59,712 bases of DNA from Octopus bimaculoides (taxonomy: Eukaryota): contig NC_069000.1 in the NCBI RefSeq assembly GCF_001194135.2, positions 12,425,942 through 12,485,653 of the forward strand. The letters run 5' to 3'. Every line of letters starts with the position of its first letter. Within the stretch, counting starts at the first letter, position 1. Of the stretch, positions 53,546-59,712 are shown one piece after another. The notes beneath the pieces were generated by a model that was not told where the DNA came from, made no database searches, and saw only the letters and a program-made list of their open reading frames with translations. A program made the translations under genes and the position numbers.

Positions 53546-54140
53546 CATGTCTATATTCTCCCCAACTACTTCTGCTCGTGATCAGAGATGCATATATTTG
53601 ATCAGTGATGTAAATATTGCCAATGTCTAGTGGAACAACATTGTTTTCCTGATCAAACATTTTCCCGATAAGCGGTGACTTGGTGTAAAAAGACAACAAT
53701 GATGACGGTGACGGCGACAATGACAAAGACGACTACACACGATCGTTTACAATTTCTAGCAAGACATTTTATGCTTTCGTTTACGATAGTTGTACAGAAT
53801 ATCCTCGAGGTACAGGAAGTGTATATAGTCAAAGACAATACAATACATTGCCTTTGAAGCGTCTTTTGGAAACCTTACTAAACATTCTCCAGTTTTCTCT
53901 TTTGTATTAGAATTCACTTTGTTCATTTGACCTTTGATATTATCTAACAGTAAATAAATTTAATTTTCTAAGAGAATATAACTATCATAACTATATGATA
54001 TTAAAATGTTTATTCTAACATGTTGCTTCCTTTGAATCTCTGTCTTAATAACGAATAGCTGACATATTGTGCGAAAGCATTTAGGTTCATGACTTTTTAA
54101 ATATAACAACGTAAGTCATTGTAATAGGACAATCTTCAGG

Positions 54141-54515
54141 GGAGGCGCAATGGCCCAGTGGTTAGGGCAGCGGACTCGCGGTGGTAGGATCGCGGTTTCG
54201 ATTCCCAGACTGGGCATTGTGAGTGTTTATTGAGCGAAAACACCTAAAGTTCCACGAAGCAGGGGATGATGGTGAACCCTGCTGTACTCTTCCACCACAA
54301 GTTTCTCTCACTCTTTTTTCCTGTTTCTGTTGTACCTGTATTTCAAAGGGCCAACCTTGTCACTCTCTGTGACACGCTGAATCTCCCCGAGAACTACATT
54401 AAGGATACACGTGTCTGCGGAGTGCTCAGCCACTTGCACGTTAATTTCACGAGCGGGCTGTTCCGTTGATCGGATCAACTGGAACCCTCGGCGTCGTAAC
54501 CGACGGAGTACCAAC
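54141..54515 (+). mobile_element. Full-length tRNA-derived SINE, family C
   Basis: Head GGAGGCGCAATGGCCCAGTGGTTAGG (A-box TGGCCCAGTGG), B-box-like GGTTTCGATTCCC, then a unique body and a tail ending CGTAACCGACGGAGTACCAAC. The head cannot complete a standard tRNA cloverleaf. Confidence 0.85.
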
Positions 54516-54544
54516 CGACCGACAGGACAATCTTTAGATCACCG

Positions 54545-54730
54545 GAAAAATGCATTGTGGTATTTACTACGGCCTTCTACGTTTCTGAGTTCAAATCTTG
54601 TCTAAGTCTTTTTTTTCCTTTCACCCTTCCGGTGTCGAAAAACTTAAGACATCTGACAATTACTGAGGTCGATTTAATCATCTTAGTCTTATTCCCACCC
54701 AGATTGCTGACCTTGTGCCTACATCAGGAA
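54545..54730 (+). mobile_element. Old SINE family A copy
   Basis: CTGAGTTCAAATCT...CCTTTCACCCTTCCGGTGTCGA...GAGGTCGATTTAATC...GCTGACCTTGTGCC. Confidence 0.7.
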
Positions 54731-55196
54731 CAGTATTATAACTTCTACATAAAAATATATTTTAATATAAATACCTCCTTATATAGAATATAACGGTTTA
54801 TGACTAACTTTGCCATTAGATATGTTGATTAAGAAAGAACAATATGCATGAGATCAGCAAAACAGAATATCACTAAAGAAATGTCCATTGAAGTAAATGA
54901 CAGCGGCCGTCTTTAAATTTCTATGAGATGACCAAAAAGTAACTTTACTTATACATATTCGAACATAGATAATTGAAATTCCAAATGTAATTAAAAACCC
55001 AATCAATCGATGGGGTTGAGCAAAGGTAGTACTGTAAGAGTCTTCAAATTTCTACAAAATACACAAACAATAACAGAGTGCAACACGACTTTCGTTCTTT
55101 TGTAGCAATTACTATTTTCTATTTGGTTATCGCTAGAAAGTATAAAAATGGCTAATCTTTCCTTTTTTTCTTTTGTTACAGTTATTCAAACCTTAA

Positions 55197-55345
55197 AGAA
55201 TCCCTCAACACATAGCTATGATGCTCCTCCACTGCTCCAGCTCATGGTCAGAGGTTCATATATTGTCAGCCATTAAGAGACATGCTCAAGTGGTTAAGGT
55301 CAAGCAACTGGCAAGCAAATCTGTGGTATTTAGCAGAATATTTGC
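55197..55345 (-). repeat. Interspersed repeat family E (homolog of 23210-23345)
   Basis: Pairwise similarity visible by eye. Confidence 0.85.
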
Positions 55346-56110
55346 TATAACGATATTTCTACCTGAGCAACTCAGCGCTGAATTTTTCTAAAATGTAAAG
55401 AAAAATAGGTTATCTTCAAAACATTGATGTCCATGACACAAAAGCAAACTTTCAAGGGAATAGTAGTCATTTCCTTTGATTTCTAGATAGAAGGTAATAG
55501 AAAATAACACTTTCTGACTCAAGGCAAAAAAGAGTAATAATGTTCTTACACAGTGTAATCGAGCGAATATAATTTAAAATCCCTAGGGAGAATCACATCA
55601 GTCGATGAAGCTGACCGAAGGTGGTACTGTACTGGTCTTCTTTACATTTCTATAAAATAGACAAGCGGTAACTTTTCCAATGAATAATTGAACAATGATA
55701 ATTTAAAATCCTAATGTATTAGGGCGAATCACATCAGTCGATGGGGCTGAGCAAAGATGGTAACATAATTCCGTCATCTTTAATGTAGCAACGGTTTCCG
55801 CTTTATGAATACATTGCACATTTATGAGAAAGTTAATCAAATATAAACACAGCAATTTCAAGAAAGTGACAAGAATCAAGTTAAAATTTAAGAGCTCTCG
55901 AGAAATAGAAATGGCTAATGTTTCAGGGATTGTCCTAAAAAGACAATTAATTTCAATAACATACACGCTATTGCAGGTCAGAGGGTGTTCTATGACTGAA
56001 TGGTTAAAGAGTTTCCTTTGCAGTCAAAAGGTCCCAAGTTTCGATACCCTTGTTCTCTTAAAACTACTACTATGGGCGCACACACTAGAAAGAATTATTG
56101 TTGTTGTTAA

Positions 56111-56520
56111 GGCGGCGAGCTGGCAGAATCGTTAGCACGCCGGGCGAAATGCTTAGCGGTATTTCGTCTACCGCTACGTTCTGAGTTCAAATTCCGCTGA
56201 GATCGACTTTGCCTTTCATCCATTCGGGGACGATAAATTAAGTACCATTTATACACTGGGGTCGATATAATCGACTTAATCCCTTTGTCTGTCCTTGTTT
56301 GTCCCCTCTGTGTGTAGCCCCTTGTGGGCAGTGAAGAAATAAGAATCGTTAGCACTCCGGGTAAAAGGCTTAGCGGATTTTCGTCCGTCCTTACGTTCTG
56401 AGGTCAAATTCTGCCGAGGTCGACTTTGCCTTTCATCCTTTTGAAGTCAATAAATTAAGTACCAGTGAAACATTGGAGTCGATGTGATCGACTGTCTCCT
56501 TCCTCCAAATTTCAGGTTAT
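56111..56520 (+). mobile_element. SINE family A dimer: young full-length copy (56111-56343) fused to a second copy (56342-56520)
   Basis: Head GGCGGCGAGCTGGCAGAATCGTTAGCAC and B-box GAGTTCAAATTCC. AGAATCGTTAGCAC occurs at both 56125 and 56342. Confidence 0.93.
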
Positions 56521-56914
56521 TATTATTGTTGTTTTCACGCCCTGTACTACATTTCATTTTCCCCTCAAATCTGACGCCGAGCGATATAGGCTCATAATTT
56601 AATACCGAAACATTATCGATCTACAACATTATTTATACCCGCTTTTGACTATATCAGTTACATAAACGAAATATAAAAACAAAGCATAAACAACAGAAGC
56701 TTTATCTACTAACAACCATTTCCCATTACGGAGAACTCAGTGTCGTACTTATATTTATTACTGAGAAATGATTTGGGAAAGATAGAGAATAATATTTTTA
56801 AAAAAAACGGAGGGATGGTGTTAGCAAAAGGATGAGGGAAGGGGCGAAAACAGAATGAATTAATCATAAAAGAATGATTTAATATATAAACCGATAGACA
56901 TTTACATTCAAACA

Positions 56915-57000
56915 AACTTCCTACTCAAATTGGTACACGGCCAGAAACGTCGGGTCAGAGGGAAAGTTGATTTCATCGACCCCTATTGCTCAACTGGAAC
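56915..57000 (-). mobile_element. SINE family A 3' fragment
   Basis: CAAATTGGTACACGGCCAG...AAGTTGATTTCATCGACCCC...CTCAACTGG. Confidence 0.65.
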
Positions 57001-57004
57001 GTTC

Positions 57005-57073
57005 AACTGGAACATTCAAAACAGTTTAACTGGAATATTCAAAACAGTTTAACTGGAATATTCAAAACAGTTT
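57005..57073. repeat. 23-bp tandem repeat x3 (AACTGGAAYATTCAAAACAGTTT)
   Basis: Units at 57005, 57028 and 57051, preceded by a partial copy starting at 56992. Confidence 0.95.
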
Positions 57074-57128
57074 AAAGTAATGATATACGAAGTGATGTTA
57101 CATTAATTTTGTCCAACCTCTGTAGAAA

Positions 57129-57346
57129 CGAGGGAGTGCTGAAAAGTTCCTGCCTGTGGTTAAAAGAATATACAGAAGGAACAGCTAATTATGATTTTAT
57201 TCCACATACTCCCCTCTCAGGTTCACACCCTTTTTGCAGCAGTACTTCAGTTTTTCTAAACCCTGTTAAAAGAATTCGGAAGTTTGGGCGTCCAGTTAGG
57301 CCTTTCGTGATACACTTAAAGCCAGGAACTTTTCAGCACCCCCTAA
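57129..57346 (+). mobile_element. Complete ~218-bp mariner-type MITE with both TIRs
   Basis: Left CGAGGGAGTGCTGAAAAGTTCCTGCCT; right AAAGCCAGGAACTTTTCAGCACCCCCT (reverse AGGGGGTGCTGAAAAGTTCCTGGCTTT). No coding capacity; TA target duplications are eroded. Confidence 0.9.
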
Positions 57347-57820
57347 TTTACATATTCATAAATAATGCATGCATGTAGATGCGCATGCATGCATATTTAG
57401 GCGTTTATTAAAATATGTATTTACAAGTAATTCATGATTTATAACAGCATTTCTCGAGCAATTAGGTAAAAAGATACCTCGCGAAAACTAATTAAGATGT
57501 ACCCCGTGGAGTACGGATGTGTCTTATTACTACATAGAGACAGACACACGCACACACTGGCGCATGTGTGGAAACACACCTACCCGGGCGTGCACACACA
57601 GTTTGTTGAAACTGAATGCTTACTTCACAAAAAGATCACAGAGGTTTGAAACTCGAGTCGTGAGATAAACATCCATTTTCAGTAAACCAAATATGGTGCA
57701 ACGTGTATTGAGTACTTCTCTCTCGTTTGCTCGAGACCGTTCAATGATTGTATATATATGTATGTGTGTATGTGCGTGTGTATAGACATACTCACACACA
57801 CACATGCACACGTATGTATA

Positions 57821-57860
<40 letters not shown>

Positions 57861-57881
57861 TATACATATATATATATTTGC

Positions 57882-57913
<32 letters not shown>

Positions 57914-58458
57914 TGAGAGAGAGAGAAGTATTATTATGTATGCATATATGCGCGTGTGTGTATGTGTGCATGTGTAACGCATACTGAATTTGACCACGTG
58001 GCTCAGAAGATCTCGTCTTGATATTACTTGTTCCACCCCAATCCGTAGCATCAAAGACAGGCATCATTTACCTGAGCCTCGTGAAAGAAATAGAACCGCC
58101 AAAGGCTATTCAAAAGACCGTCGGATAGATTGTAAATGCTGCTTCACACGAAAGACGTATTTTTATAATATTTCCGTTATTACAATCGCAGCGCATTTTT
58201 ATAAATTCATTATAAACTCCATATATACTGTGATTTGCAGTGATTTGAACCCTGCTGCAAGTCATTTGTCGTCTTGATATTTGCAACTGTTTCTGTGTAT
58301 GATTGTAACACCGTGGGCGTAGAGAGTAAAGTTTTTTATACGACTCTCATTGGTGTTCCGCTGGGTGTTCATGTATTCATATATTACATATGGAAAGCTG
58401 ACTGCTACAAACACGATCATATCCGGAGGAATTTTACACACATACTCACTCACATGCA

Positions 58459-58508
<50 letters not shown>

Positions 58509-59293
58509 NNNNNNNNNNNNNNNNNNNNNNNNNNNNNNNNNNNNNNNNNNNNNNNNNNNNNNNNNNNNNNNNNNNNNNNNNNNNNNNNNNNNNNNNNNNN
58601 NNNNNNNNNNNNNNNNNNNNNNNNNNNNNNNNNNNNNNNNNNNNNNNNNNNNNNNNNNNNNNNNNNNNNNNNNNNNNNNNNNNNNNNNNNNNNNNNNNNN
58701 NNNNNNNNNNNNNNNNNNNNNNNNNNNNNNNNNNNNNNNNNNNNNNNNNNNNNNNNNNNNNNNNNNNNNNNNNNNNNNNNNNNNNNNNNNNNNNNNNNNN
58801 NNNNNNNNNNNNNNNNNNNNNNNNNNNNNNNNNNNNNNNNNNNNNTATACATATATACAATATAAACACATGCATACATATAATGGATATTTGATCAGCT
58901 TGTCATGTTCCTTTTATATTTTCTAACAGAAGATAAATGTGTGAAAATTGCGAAGGTGTCATGTGTCTCCCAGCTCAGAGCCTATGATTTCTTAGCACTT
59001 CTATAAGGATGTGCATTATTTGATAAAGTTCCCGCCCCACCTATTGACATGTATTTTGTATCTGCAATAAAATCCTTTTCCAGATCAAATACTCAATGTT
59101 TCTTTCTTACCTTTTTTTTTTTCTTGTACTATTTTCCCCTTTATATTTTTTTCCCTGAGACACGTGTAATAAAGAGCTTTATACATAAAGGTGGCTAGTG
59201 AAGAAATATACTGGGCCCACCCAAAGGCGAATGACACATCATACTTTGACCTCCAATATAATACAACAAATGTAAAGGTTTTGCTCATTTGAA

Positions 59294-59389
<96 letters not shown>

Positions 59390-59712
59390 GTAGAGGCAAA
59401 AGAAACGAAATATCATGAGGAGTAAAACAAATATTTAATAAAAAGAGTTCTCACAGACGTCACACAAGGCAATTTTTGTTCGTCTTCATACGTATTTCTA
59501 TTGTCTGACAATGTACAGGCTCTCATTCATTCTTCCAGGCTGTCCAAAGTCACACGCACGCGATCACACACTCAGAGACACACACATACACACACACATG
59601 CACGCACATATTCTTTCTCTATCTCACAAACATACATTCTCTGTGTCTCTCTCTCTCTCTATGTTTGTCTCCCTTTATACTCATATATACATATGTACGT
59701 AAACTCCGCTAC

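Noticed and set aside
54141-54215. tRNA gene
   Set aside because: A- and B-box-like motifs are present but the acceptor stem does not close and the sequence continues into a SINE body; the same applies to the heads at 25330, 37071 and 56111.
58274-58440. Transmembrane-like peptide FYTTLIGVPLGVHVFIYYIW
   Set aside because: No splice sites or ATG context, and hydrophobic runs are common in AT-rich random frames.

Overview
This is eukaryotic, AT-rich, repeat-saturated DNA from a draft short-read assembly. It has 19 N-gaps totalling about 8.6 kb, most flanked by (AT)n, (AC)n or (AG)n tracts. The tRNA-derived SINE families and the extreme microsatellite load look like a coleoid cephalopod, most likely Octopus; this is recognition from memory and needs a BLAST/Dfam check. 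I find no confidently identifiable host gene, RNA gene or CRISPR array, and almost all ORF-track entries are translations of microsatellites or N-runs. Supported content: (i) dozens of SINE copies from at least four families, many clustered, nested or inverted; (ii) a decayed Penelope-like RT fragment (~37.9-38.7 kb) that the ORF track captures only at its 3' end; (iii) the 3' part of a hAT transposon with its dimerization domain and a probable right terminus (~50.6-51.4 kb); (iv) three copies of a mariner-type MITE; (v) an inverted pair of Penelope-type ends carrying degenerate minimal hammerhead-ribozyme motifs (4.2-4.4 kb); (vi) many micro- and minisatellites, some apparently born inside SINEs. 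The most interesting signals concern retroelement RNA structure: a GTCGA-N5-TCGAC hairpin shared by two SINE families, the hammerhead-like motifs, and a fold-back SINE pair. A few exon-like segments are reported as low-confidence leads only. I see no convincing evidence of a new multi-gene biological system; the window reads as intronic or intergenic sequence.
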